A stretch of 63,705 nt of DNA, the filler included, from Octopus bimaculoides (Eukaryota), in NCBI RefSeq assembly GCF_001194135.2. It is 4 parts of 4 records of this genome, joined end to end, with 100 filler letters (N's around TTAATTAATTAA, not from the genome) between each part and the next. Parts side by side here need not be neighbours in the genome. Positions count along the whole stretch, not along the records: positions 23,042 to 40,092 come from NC_068990.1; positions 40,193 to 62,390 come from NC_068988.1; 2 more parts are not named here. One strand, written 5' to 3'. Shown here piece after piece: positions 36,891-48,253 of the stretch (the stretch's first letter is position 1; every line of letters begins with the position of its first letter). Made by a program: the position numbers and the translations under genes. The notes under the pieces were generated by a model. That model was not told where the DNA came from. It did not search any database and saw nothing but the letters and a program-made list of their open reading frames with translations.

Positions 36891-36913
36891 GATAGATAGA
36901 TAGATAGATAGAC

Positions 36914-36973
<60 letters not shown>

Positions 36974-37088
36974 GCACGGATGGACGCACGGTCGGACGCA
37001 CGGACGGACGCACGCACGGACGGACGGATGGACGCACGGACGGACGGACACACGGACGGATGCACAGACGGATGGATGGATAGATAGA
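36891..37088. repeat. Compound tetranucleotide microsatellite GATA-GACA-GACG/GGAC-GGAT-GATA
   Basis: Direct reading. Confidence 0.95.
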
Positions 37089-37619
37089 TTATCTACTTAT
37101 TTATTTTCAAATCATTTCATGTCCAAATTTCAGACAATATTAATTATCACGATATGATAAAATTTTTGTATCCATTAGACACATTGATTACTTATAACAG
37201 TGTTGTATGTTTTCATTTCCTAAATCACTTGATGCAAAAGTTAGAGAAATAGAAGAATAAACTATATCCGTGTAAAGAAGAATCATGTTACAGCAGGGCA
37301 GTGAGTAGTCGAGCCAAAAATAATAATGTTAGCTGGCTGATAAAAAACAATCAAAACTCTCATTTCATTTTAATCATCTGTCAGTCGTTATTGTATTTTA
37401 ACGGCAATATAATTCATTATTAGAGAAGATTAATGGAATTCTATCTGAGGTATAGTAGATAAACGGATTGCACAGTGTATAAAATCTGTTTAATTGTGAT
37501 ATAGCATAAAGTACCAGTCAAGTACTAGGGACGATGAAATCAACATAACTCTTCCCCTCAAAATTAATAGCCTTGCGCAAAAATTAGAAAGTATTATTTT
37601 TTATTTATTATTAAGTGAG

Positions 37620-38170
37620 AGAATGGCGCATGTCATCAAGTGACACTGGGGTACAAATATATGAAGCTTAATATATCCATCATGACTACCTGTCTGATAA
37701 GGGTGCTCCAGGCACATGCATCACAACCATGTGTGTATATGTGCGTGACATGGTAATCTCATATCAAGACAAGCAGCACATGACCTTGCAAGAGGGGCCC
37801 AGTTCTTCGCATCGAGTAGCTCATCCCTTTCAAAACGTCCTTGAATAAGGGTCGTTTTAAGGATGTTGAACGAAGCACCTATGATTCCGGAAGTGAATTA
37901 TTCAAACTTCAAAGAATTTCGATCAACCCATGGTTAGGCTGCCCCCGCCCCGCCCCAACTGCTGCTCGTGATCAGAGATGTTCATATCGTCAGCCACTAA
38001 GTAACATGCCCAACAGCTGGTTGACGTCAAACAACTGACAAGCAAATCTGTGGTATTAAGCAGAATATTTGCTGTAGCCCGTCTTTTATACCAAGACAAA
38101 ACAATGTACATGATAACACTTCCAATCAATTAAGATCAGAAGCCATGGGAGCCACTGCCTGGAACTGCAT
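37620..38170 (+). repeat. Unclassified interspersed repeat F (about 550 bp)
   Basis: Shares sequence with 16560-16735. Confidence 0.55.
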
Positions 38171-38194
38171 CTGGGCATTGGAGGCTCCAGGAGG

Positions 38195-38536
38195 ATTATT
38201 ATTATTATTGTTCAGTAGTTTTATTTTTATAACGTGCTTTCACTTCACTACCGAGCGCAGCTCTGTGCGCCTTGGGTATGTGCTGTGGTTTGCTGTGGTG
38301 CTCTTATGTTTACTGTATTGAAAGTGTTTTGCGTAGAATGTGTGCAGTAGCCAGTAGTGCAAATTTCTGTATGTTATATATATTTGTAAGTCCTGGTGTT
38401 TTTGTTATGTATTTGTCTGAATATTTCTTTATTATACCTAAGGCACCTACTATGATAGGAATTGTTTCTGTTTTTAGATTCCACATTCGAGTTATCTCTA
38501 TTTCCAGGTCTTTGTATTTTGAAAGTTTTTCCATTN
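38195..38536 (-). mobile_element. 3' end of an R4/Dong-like RLE LINE
   Basis: EKLSKYKDLEIEITRMWNLKTETIPIIVGALG...IQKFALLATAHILRKTL-stop matches the R4-clade RLE C-terminus; (AAT)n tail at about 38195-38210. Confidence 0.85.
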
Positions 38537-39175
38537 NNNNNNNNNNNNNNNNNNNNNNNNNNNNNNNNNNNNNNNNNNNNNNNNNNNNNNNNNNNNNNNN
38601 NNNNNNNNNNNNNNNNNNNNNNNNNNNNNNNNNNNNNNNNNNNNNNNNNNNNNNNNNNNNNNNNNNNNNNNNNNNNNNNNNNNNNNNNNNNNNNNNNNNN
38701 NNNNNNNNNNNNNNNNNNNNNNNNNNNNNNNNNNNNNNNNNNNNNNNNNNNNNNNNNNNNNNNNNNNNNNNNNNNNNNNNNNNNNNNNNNNNNNNNNNNN
38801 NNNNNNNNNNNNNNNNNNNNNNNNNNNNNNNNNNNNNNNNNNNNNNNNNNNNNNNNNNNNNNNNNNNNNNNNNNNNNNNNNNNNNNNNNNNNNNNNNNNN
38901 NNNNNNNNNNNNNNNNNNNNNNNNNNNNNNNNNNNNNNNNNNNNNNNNNNNNNNNNNNNNNNNNNNNNNNNNNNNNNNNNNNNNNNNNNNNNNNNNNNNN
39001 NNNNNNNNNNNNNNNNNNNNNNNNNNNNNNNNNNNNNNNNNNNNNNNNNNNNNNNNNNNNNNNNNNNNNNNNNNNNNNNNNNNNNNNNNNNNNNNNNNNN
39101 NNNNNNNNNNNNNNNNNNNNNNNNNNNNNNNNNNNNNNNNNNNNNNNNNNNNNNNNNNNNNNNNNNNNNNNNNNN

Positions 39176-40092
39176 CTTGAAAATAAGGGCAGTCTTCCTG
39201 GATCCGGAAGTTGGTGGTCCTGGACGTCGATAGTAGTGACGGCGCTGCTTTCAGACTACTAGCTGCCTACGCTCCGACAGGAGCAGGGCAGTCGGATAAT
39301 TTCAAACGTCTGGAGGTTTTCCTAGGTACTTCTCGCACTTTAGTGCTAGTTGGGGACTGGAACGCTGTCCTAGACGAACGTATCGATAGGGTGGGTGCGG
39401 GAGCATCTAATAGGAAAGGGGGGATGCAAGAGCCTCGCCAACCTGCTCAAGCGCTTTCAGCTGTCCGACAGGTATCGACTAGACAACCCGAATGTGCCAA
39501 TGTGGACTTGGACTAATCGCATCGGGTCGTCTAGATCGTACTTAGATAGAATTTTTTGTAGGCCAGCGGATAAGGATAGCATAGGGTGTCCACAATTCAA
39601 CATAGTCGGCTACACGGACCACAAATTCGTGATCAGTACGGTCGAATTAGATAGGCTCCATAGACAAGGTGCCGGTTACTGGAAGCTAAACGCGTCGATA
39701 ACGGCGTGCAAAGCCTACAGAGACCGAATTAGTTTATTAGTTAAGAGGGCTTTAACCGAGGCAATCTTCAATAACAACTGGTGGTTCGCCCTGAAGCGGG
39801 CAATTAGAGCAGAATCAATTAGGTTTAGTAAGGCTCTAGCTGTAGAACGTAAGAAAACAGAGCGGAATTTAGTTAACAAACTAGACGGGGCTAGCAGCGA
39901 AGTTGGCCCTCGACCAACACTTTGATGCCAAGCATGAAGGCTGCGTTGTCAGAGCTAAAGCACTTTCGGTAAGCGGGGAGGGGACTAAGGCCGCTCGATG
40001 GGCCCGTGTGGTTGAGGCGAAGCGTGGCAACAGAGCGACCATTCGGTCTTTGGTGGACCAGAACGACTGCGAGATTTCGGAACCGAAGCAGA
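39176..40092 (+). mobile_element. Second Tx1-like ORF2 fragment (APE domain and linker)
   Basis: AAYAP, VGDWNAVLD, YLDRIF, YTDHKFV, GYWKLN; 46/66 identical to the equivalent stretch of the minus copy by manual count. Confidence 0.9.
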
Positions 40093-40192
40093 NNNNNNNN
40101 NNNNNNNNNNNNNNNNNNNNNNNNNNNNNNNNNNNNTTAATTAATTAANNNNNNNNNNNNNNNNNNNNNNNNNNNNNNNNNNNNNNNNNNNN

Positions 40193-40252
40193 GTCCAACC
40201 CATGCTAGCATGGAAAGCGGACGTTAAACGATGATGATGATGATGATGATGA
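40193..40252 (+). mobile_element. 3' tail of an RTE-like element (family E) with (GAT)n
   Basis: gtccaacccatgctagcatggaaagcggacgttaaacgatgatgat; reverse complement at 63262-63330. Confidence 0.7.
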
Positions 40253-40673
40253 TATATATATATATATGTGCATAGCTTAATACATTGTTTGTTTTGGAGT
40301 GTATCCCTGCCCCCCATTTTTGCTACTTACTCCCTCTCCTTTTCCCCTTTTCTTTGTGTTTCCTTGTAATTAAAAAGTGTGTAAATTGTTGTGTATGTTT
40401 GTATTGGTAAGTGTATATAAATATATATACACACATATACACACACACAGATAGGTAGATGGATGGATGGAAGAAAATGAGATGATGAAAGAACCAACAA
40501 TTATGTTATGAACTTCAGTTAACGAAGTTCACAAGATAATCATTTATTCCTTTATTATCTCATTAAGTATTGGGGCCAATACAACTGACTTACCCCTACC
40601 CCAACATTGCCAGCCTTGTGCCAAAATTCGAAAGTATTATTATCATTATCATCCTTCTTCTTCTTCTTCTTCT

Positions 40674-40704
<31 letters not shown>

Positions 40705-41029
40705 ATCATCATCATCATTATTGTTATTACTATGTTGAGATATTCCTATTCCCATCTACATGTTGCTTCATTCACACTCCTCTTAACACACATTATTCTT
40801 CATAGCTTCCATATTTTCCTAAACCATTGAGCCATCTAAATTCTTTAATCTACCAATTCAGAAATCTCTAATCTCCCAGACCATGTCATAAATTACATTA
40901 TAATACTTGGTGTGTATATATATATATATATATATAACATTAATCATACTATATAGTATATAGGTTTGCATAACAATATACTGTTGGTAACATGTGTGTA
41001 TGTATGTATGTGTGTGTGTATGTATGTAT

Positions 41030-41190
41030 TTGTGCATCTGTGTTTGTCCCCACCACTTAGCGGTTTGGCAAAACAGACCGATAGAATAAGTACAAGGCTT
41101 ACAAAGAATAAATCCTGAGGTCGATTTGTTCAACTAAAGGCGGTGCTCCAGCATGGCTGCAGTTAAATGACTGAAACAAGTAAAAAGAAA
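41030..41190 (+). mobile_element. SINE family A, 3' half
   Basis: acttagcggtttggcaaaacagaccgatagaataagtac...gctccagcatggc. Confidence 0.8.
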
Positions 41191-41208
41191 AAGAAAAAGA
41201 AAACATAC

Positions 41209-41277
<69 letters not shown>

Positions 41278-41691
41278 ATAAATAATATATAAATATATGC
41301 ATATATCCACATATATGTTGATATATACACATGGTAGATACACATGCCTATGTATATAATATCTGTGTACACTCTGTGTCAGATTGTTTTTCTGTGTGCG
41401 TATATTTATATGTATCATGTCTGTGTATGTATATCTGTGTATGTATATTTATGTAAATTATGTCAGTTTTTGTGAATGTCTGTGATATGCTTGCAACTAT
41501 CTCTGTGTGTATTTGTTTCAGGGTTGTAGGCACATTCTACTGTCCACTTCTAAGACCAATTCCTGATCCATGGATGTCTTTAGGTGTGTCCAGTCTGTTA
41601 TTAGGAATAAAAACAGGTTCTTGGTTGAGGTTGATCATGGTTACATGATTCACTAACGCCCTCTATACTTCACTTGTTGCAAATATAACAG

Positions 41692-41872
41692 TACAAGCGG
41701 GTGCTGAAAAGTTCTTGACTTTGGGCAAAAGAAAATACAGGAAGATCAGTTAATTATGATTTTATTCAACATATTCCCCTCTTGGATTTACATACTTATT
41801 GCAGTGGTCCTTCAGTTTTTCTAAACCCTGTAAAAGAACTTGGAAGGTTGGGCCTCCAACCAGGCCTGTCAC
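41692..41872 (-). mobile_element. Mariner relic: transposase C-terminus and 3' TIR
   Basis: Minus translation QGLEKLKDHCNKYVNPRGEYVE-stop (mariner G.YVE end); TA followed by caagcgggtgctgaaaagtt TIR-like end. Confidence 0.7.
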
Positions 41873-41946
41873 AATAATGGTGAATCATGTAACCACGATC
41901 AACCTCAAACAAAAACACACATACACAGATACATAGAAGTATATCA

Positions 41947-41980
<34 letters not shown>

Positions 41981-42006
41981 NNNNNNNNNNNNNNNNNNNN
42001 NNNNNN

Positions 42007-42270
42007 ACGGGCTTCTTCCAGTTTCCGTCTACCAAATCCACTCACAAGGCTTTGGTTGGCCTGAGACTAAAGTAGAAGACATCTATCCAAGAGGTCACAC
42101 ATATATATATACACGACGGGGCTCTTTCAGTTTCCGTCCACCAAATCCATTTAAAAGGTTTTGGCCGGTCCGAGGCTGTAGTAGAAGACACTTGCCCAAG
42201 GTGCCACGCAGTGGGACTGAACCCAGAAGCATGTGGTTGGGAAGCAAACTTCTTACCATATAACCACTGC
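42007..42270 (-). mobile_element. Two SINE family A 5'-half fragments
   Basis: acgggcttcttccagtttccgtctacc occurs twice; cttgcccaaggtgccacgcagtgggactgaacc. Confidence 0.8.
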
Positions 42271-42844
42271 TGTACCTTTTGCAATTTTCTTTCATTATTT
42301 TCAGGATAATTTGCTTTGACTTTTTACGACTTTAAACTGCATGTTAACCGGAAACCATATCGCTGCTGTGATTTCCAGGAAATTCGAGTCTGCAGTCAAT
42401 TTTCGTGAATGCATTTGGACAGGGCATGAAGTCACCACCTCCCATTAACCATTCTCAATATCTGTGTTCCTATGATTAATTATCTGTATCCTGTTATTAC
42501 GTGTCCTTGGAGAGTATATTTCAATGGCACTGGTTTATATTATTAATAGAAATAATTGTTTAATCGCTTGTGTCGCGGTGAGTTGTTCGTGAAACAGAGA
42601 GACTTAATGTCACTCGGAATCAGACGATGATGACAAGTAATTGGTTTGATATAAAACGTATGTACCCGATCCATTTTGCTTTTGCCTGCAAGTTTATAGA
42701 GTTAAAGGAGATCCTATAAGCAGGTAGGAAAAATTAGGAAGGTTCACAAGGAAGTTGGGGCCGAATGCAGGGCCTTAATGGATGCTTCCATCGCTTTTTG
42801 AGCAATGACATCATCATCATCATTGTCATTGTCGTCGTCACCAC

Positions 42845-43022
42845 CGGCAACTTTGGGGAAGAGGGTAAGTCGATTACACAGAACCCCAGTGCTCAGCTGG
42901 TATTTGTTTTATCGATCCCGAGGGGATCAAAGGCAAAGTCGACTTGGGTGGAATTTGAACTCAGAATGAAATGCCGCTAAGCATTTGGTCCGGTATGCTA
43001 ACGATTCTGCCAGCTTGCCGTG
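42845..43022 (-). mobile_element. SINE family B copy
   Basis: aaaggcaaagtcgacttgggtggaatttgaactcaga...gctaacgattctgccagc. Confidence 0.8.
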
Positions 43023-43451
43023 ATAGTAATATTCATGATGATGATGATGATGATAGTTGTGCCAGATGTTGGTGCTGATGGTAGTGGTGTTGGTGGCGTC
43101 AGTAACGATGGCTGTAGCAGTGTATGCGCCGTGACAGTGTTCCGATCCTCCCACGATCAATGATTATTTTGCCATTCGGAGGAATCATCATTCTACCAAA
43201 CGCCGGAGTATTTTCTAGCCTTCAGGAGATCGGAGAATTTCCAATTTCTCTACTGCCGCTAAATTTGATTTGATTTAATTACCGCCGATTAATTAATTCC
43301 GTTGGGTTTTATTTATTCGTGCCCTCTGATCTCTCGTATGATTATTTGCTCTGTCTGATGAAATATCACCTTTCTTCGTTGACGTGTTTATTGACGATAT
43401 TTTATAGACTTGCAGAATCTGGAGGTCAGCTCTCTTACCAGATGAATTTAC

Positions 43452-43652
43452 CATTTAGTTCTGATTCTCGGCTGTTGTTTCACTTTGATAGATAATAAAT
43501 TGGATTCATAAAAGACATGAATGTCACAACTTTCAATTTCTCCTTTCATATTAATGCCAGCGTTCTTCAATAAAAACTTAACTTTTACATTCTCAATGAT
43601 ACACAGCGGAACGGTTCTGTAGTAGCGACTCACGAACAGTCTGGGCGGTGAG
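43452..43652 (-). other. Candidate exon (open frame SPPRLFVSRYYRTVPLCIIENVKVKF...PRIRTK)
   Basis: Long T-tract plus ttcAG acceptor (43653-43654); donors TG|GTAAAT (43450-43451) or CTG|GTAAGA (43437-43438). Confidence 0.3.
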
Positions 43653-43829
43653 CTGAATACAAAAAAAAAAAGAAAAAGAATTGACAGCGTCCCAGAGATC
43701 GATTACTACAAAAAAAGGGCAAGGGGTGGGGCATGATAGGACTTGATTATTGGGGATCAGCTAAAAGAACTTTCTTTTCAATGCCGTTGTTGTAAGGACT
43801 ACGCCATTTATCTTAATTTATTATTATTT

Positions 43830-44245
43830 TTAGCCCAACAACATGACTTGCCATTCAGGTTTTATTGTTCTACCTTCCCAATCGGAATTTTTACCTTCCG
43901 AGTTCAAATTCTGCGTAGGTCAACTTTGCCATTTATCCCTCCAGGCTCAGTCGAGTACTGGCGACAATTGTACCAACTAATTTCTAACCGTCTCCCTCAG
44001 AACTGTTGGTCTTGTGCCTAAACCAGGAACTATTAAAGACAGCGAGCTGGCACAATCGGTAGAGCGTCGAACAAAAATCCTTGCGATATTTATTCCATCT
44101 TTTTACATTCTGTGTTCATTTTCACCAAGAACAAGTTTGCCTCCGTACTCTACAAAATATGATACCAGTCAAGTACTGGGGTCGATGACTTCGACCAATC
44201 CCACATTCTCTCTCCAAGATTGATGACCTTGTGCTTAAATCACAA
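43830..44245 (+). mobile_element. Two tandem diverged SINE family B copies
   Basis: gagttcaaattctgcgtaggtcaactttgcc; agcgagctggcacaatcggtagagc; aagtactggggtcgatg. Confidence 0.7.
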
Positions 44246-45341
44246 GCCATTGTTTTTGCCTTCTTGGTTTAAATGCTTACTCATTTGGTACAGTGGTGGA
44301 GTGGAACAGGATATAAGAGACAAGTACAAAGAGAATTTCTAACAAAAGGCGATTTGTCGCTCAGCGCGGATTTGTATTGTTAAATGTATTTTTTTTTCTG
44401 TGTGAATTGTCCAACTGAAAACAATATTTTGTTTTTCAAATCCATTATGAATTATTTTCAACACAATTTACTTCAATAATAAACTCTTTTTGAAAGTATC
44501 TTTTTAATGTATACGAGACACTCCTAAATTTTACAGCAAACTATTCACTATTCTCACCCCGAACTTTGTAAACCTGAATAATTCTAAACAGGTCTGCTTC
44601 TTCTGTGTATTTTAGTTGTTTTCTTTAGGTTGGAATTCATAACCTTACTATTCCCCGCTACCCCATTCTAATCTGAAAATCTACAGAATTCCTAATTCTT
44701 AATGTACACTGGTATCTGAATGTCACCGATAACATAGCAACCCGCTTTAGGTCTTCCTTGTTGTTGATAAAGCGGGGGTAGGAGGGGGCACAGGTAACAT
44801 ATTTCCTTTCTCTCTTCTCCCCCGCCCTATCACTAATTCCGTTTGTCGCACATGCCACCCACACGCTTCATACGTTTATCTATAAATAAATAATCTGCCA
44901 AAATTCGCTTGCGTGCACCTCCACCCGTACAGGCGTTTACATACAGAAACACACACAAATTGTATTAATAAATTATATGTATGTGCGTATATATGTGTAT
45001 ATATATGTGTGTGTGTGTGTGTGTATGTGTGTGTGTGTGTACATACATTCATATTTCGAACTGACTTGGTGTGTTTACACCTATTTGTCTACAGTGAAAA
45101 ATTTTCTCCATGACAAAAAATATAGCGATGACATTCTTACGGGTTCAAATATGCCTCAAACATATTTGGACTGAAAGCAACTTTATATTTGTACTCACCA
45201 CTGCTTGGCACCTCTACTCCGTATTTTATTTACAACAAGCCACTGATTAGTGCAACTACACACACAGTACGATGACAGGAACATAGCTAGAAATATCTAT
45301 CCCTTGTCAGGTCCTAGCGGTCTCCGTTCCGGTATCTGATG

Positions 45342-45373
45342 CTGAAGAGGAGATAACCACTCCGAAATGCATT
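45342..45373 (+). ncRNA. Minimal hammerhead ribozyme core (Penelope-type architecture), stem I degenerate
   Basis: CTGAAGA-GGAG(ataacca)CTCC-GAAA-TGCAT-T; palindromic ATGCAT stem III. Confidence 0.5.
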
Positions 45374-45639
45374 ATGTACAAATTCGACAACTTCCCCCAC
45401 GATAGTTNNNNNNNNNNNNNNNNNNNNNNNNNNNNNNNNNNNNNNNNNNNNNNNNNNNNNNNNNNNNNNNNNNNNNNNNNNNNNNNNNNNNNNNNNNNNN
45501 NNNNNNNNNNNNNNNNNNNNNNNNNNNNNNNNNNNNNNNNNNNNNNNNNNNNNNNNNNNNNNNNNNNNGTTTTTCGACTCGTATTCCATAAGGCACCCCT
45601 GAGATATACACCTTCTTACATATTATATTGTTTCTGATT

Positions 45640-45810
45640 TAGTCATAAAGGGATTTAATCGATTGCGCCGGCTCCTGCACTTGGCTGGTACTTTGAACGA
45701 CCTCGGAGGGAAAAAGGACAAAGTCGACCTTGGTGAGATTTGAATTCAGAACGCAAAACAGTGGAAAACATTCCGCAACACATTTTCCCGTTGCTTTAAC
45801 GATTCAACCT
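45640..45810 (-). mobile_element. SINE family B copy
   Basis: aaggacaaagtcgaccttggtgagatttgaattcagaacg. Confidence 0.7.
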
Positions 45811-46092
45811 GTGAGCTTTTGACTCACAAATTTAAACAACTGGTGCTGACGTCACTGAATGAAGGTGAGAAAGTGCTGATATTAATAAACGGAGGCAAAC
45901 AATCAGCTGTTTCTTTACGTTGATGTCGCTATGGTGTCACCAGCCGACTGTTGTTGTAAATGGTTGATCTTTTAAGTTAACTGTCATCAAACAGACATAT
46001 AAAAGACAGTCCAGTCGTGACTATCTTATGTTCTATATTTTTTTCTCTTGGTATAGTGTGCCCCAGGCTATATAATTGGGTTAGTATGCAGC

Positions 46093-46327
46093 TTAACCCA
46101 TTCCTGCCGATCGTCCGTTTAAACTGACACTTAATTTATAAGGGCATAAAACAAATACTTGATACAAATTGTGATTTGTGTATGATCTGTATCAAAGAAT
46201 GAAACGTGTTCTTAACACGTATGCAGTCTGTATCAAACGGATTTCAATGAAATTTTTTCAGTTGTTATTTAGGTCAAAATAAGAGTATCTGTGAATTTTC
46301 AGACAATTTCATTCACTAAGGGATTAA
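46093..46327. mobile_element. piggyBac-like MITE (short variant of 11683-12176)
   Basis: ttaacccattcctgccga start, shared body, agggattaa end. Confidence 0.65.
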
Positions 46328-46557
46328 GGCGACGAGCTGCCAGAAACGTTAGCACGCCGGGCGAAATGCTTAGCGGTACTTCGTCTGCCGTTACGTTCTG
46401 AGTTCAAATTCCGCCGAGGTCGAATTTGCCTTTCATCCTTTCAGGGTCGATTAAATAAGTACCAACTATGCACTTCTGTCGATGTAATCGACTTAATCCC
46501 TTTGTCTGTCCTTGTTTGTCTTCTCTATGTTTAGCCCCTTGTGGGCAATAAAGAAAT
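46328..46557 (+). mobile_element. SINE family B, full length, long-tail variant
   Basis: ggcgacgagctgccagaaacgttagcacgccgggcg...gagttcaaattccgccgaggtcg...gggcaataaagaaat. Confidence 0.9.
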
Positions 46558-46734
46558 AAATATGCAGTTTAGGGGTTTAAAGAAATGAAAGTGAATTAAG
46601 CTGGGACTAAACAACAGCTATAACAATGTATCGAGGGAAACTCTAAGTGTTAGCCGGCCTGTTAGAAATACCAGCTAATTCTTCCGCAAACCAAGCACTA
46701 CCACCTGAAAGAAGGAAGGGCGGGTCTTTTCTTT

Positions 46735-47075
46735 TTGCTTCTGTTATTTGTTTCAGTTACCGGACCGTGGCCATGCTGGGGCACCGCTTTGAAGGGTTTC
46801 AGTGGAACACACCAACTCCAGTACTAATATTTTAAAGTCTGGTACTTATTATCTCCGTATCTTTTGCCGAACCGCTAAGTTATGGGGACATAAACAAACC
46901 AATACCGGTTGTCGTATATATATATATATATATATATATACGACGGGCTTCTTTCAGTTTCTCTCAACGAAATCTACTCCCAAGGCGTTGGCCCGAGGCT
47001 ATAGTAGAAATCACTTGCTCAAGGTGCCACGCAATGGGACTGAACTCGGGACCATGTGGACGGGAAGCAAACTTC
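46735..47075 (-). mobile_element. SINE family A, diverged
   Basis: gtggccatgctggggcaccgc; caaggtgccacgcaatgggactgaactc. Confidence 0.8.
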
Positions 47076-47153
47076 TTAACCTCACATCCGGTGTAAGAAA
47101 GGCGAGGTTGTCATAGTTGGAATACTATAGATCATACGACTGCTGAATTATGT

Positions 47154-47931
47154 CGACCTATATATATATGATATAATGATTTAGGATAGAGAGGAGAAAC
47201 TGTGCACAGTTGTGGAAATTAGCTGCCCATCGGATGTTAACATAAAGCTGAAGATTAGTGCAAAGGAGAATACCTACGCTGAACTATTGAAAAATCTGCT
47301 GTTACTCTATCCAGATTAAAAGTTTGGGTTTATATCTGTAATTATTGGGACCCTGGGATATGTAACACACTGCCTAAATGCCAATCTTTAGAAATTAGGC
47401 TTCTCAAAACCAGAAAGGAGAAAGTTGATTTGAAGACTACAGATCCAATCCATCACTGGAACTGTAAAAATCTGTAAAACCGTTCAGAAGTTTATCATTT
47501 AAATATATATCAGCATGTCTAGATATGTAGCTATATGCATGAGAAGACAAACACAAAACAAAACATACAAACCTGCTCGCGGAGTAGATAAAACAGGGGA
47601 CAACTGATGAAAGGAATGTTCTTTATGCTGCTTGTCTCGTTTCTCTGTTTGTTTCTTTCGTTGTTCGAAAAAAAAGGTTCGTTTTCTACGTTTTTGTTTT
47701 TTATGTTCTCGTTTCTCATTTTGTCTACGTACCCATATATGCATGTATATATGCATATATATGTAGGTATGTACATATATGTATGTATATCTGCATATAT
47801 TTATATTATTACATACATACATAGAAAAATACCCCGTTGTTGATGTTGAAATTCCAATGAAGAAGCCGTGGATCTAGATTAGAAACTGATTCTTTCTCTA
47901 TTCGCAAGAAATCTTGAAATAAACTGAATAA

Positions 47932-47935
<4 letters not shown>
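47154..47935 (+). mobile_element. RLE-type (NeSL/R4-like) LINE 3' fragment: endonuclease domain plus 3' UTR
   Basis: RP[+10 nt]DIMI*DREEKLCTVVEISCPSDVNIKLKISAKENTYAEL...IIGTLG...SITGTVKICK-stop at 47500-47502; the 3' end is homologous to 50755-50870. Confidence 0.8.

Positions 47936-48001
<66 letters not shown>
47933..48001. repeat. (CA)n microsatellite
   Basis: Direct reading. Confidence 0.95.
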
Positions 48002-48211
48002 CAATCATCACACAGAAAAATATTGCTACACGGATATTAAAGGCATTCTGTTCTTTTCTTTGTTAACTCACACAAAATGTTGGAGTTTAACATTTCATAA
48101 CAATCTGTTACTTGTCAGTGGGTGTGCGTAGAAACGATTCTTCGCACCAGTATGTGTGCGCATGCGCGCGGTGTATATGTGTGTGTGTGTATATGTATGT
48201 ATGTATGTATA

Positions 48212-48253
<42 letters not shown>

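Noticed and set aside
44728-44742. CATAGCAAC RFX X-box half site (and ATGGTAAC near 54285)
   Set aside because: Short half sites with no identified gene; not distinguishable from chance.
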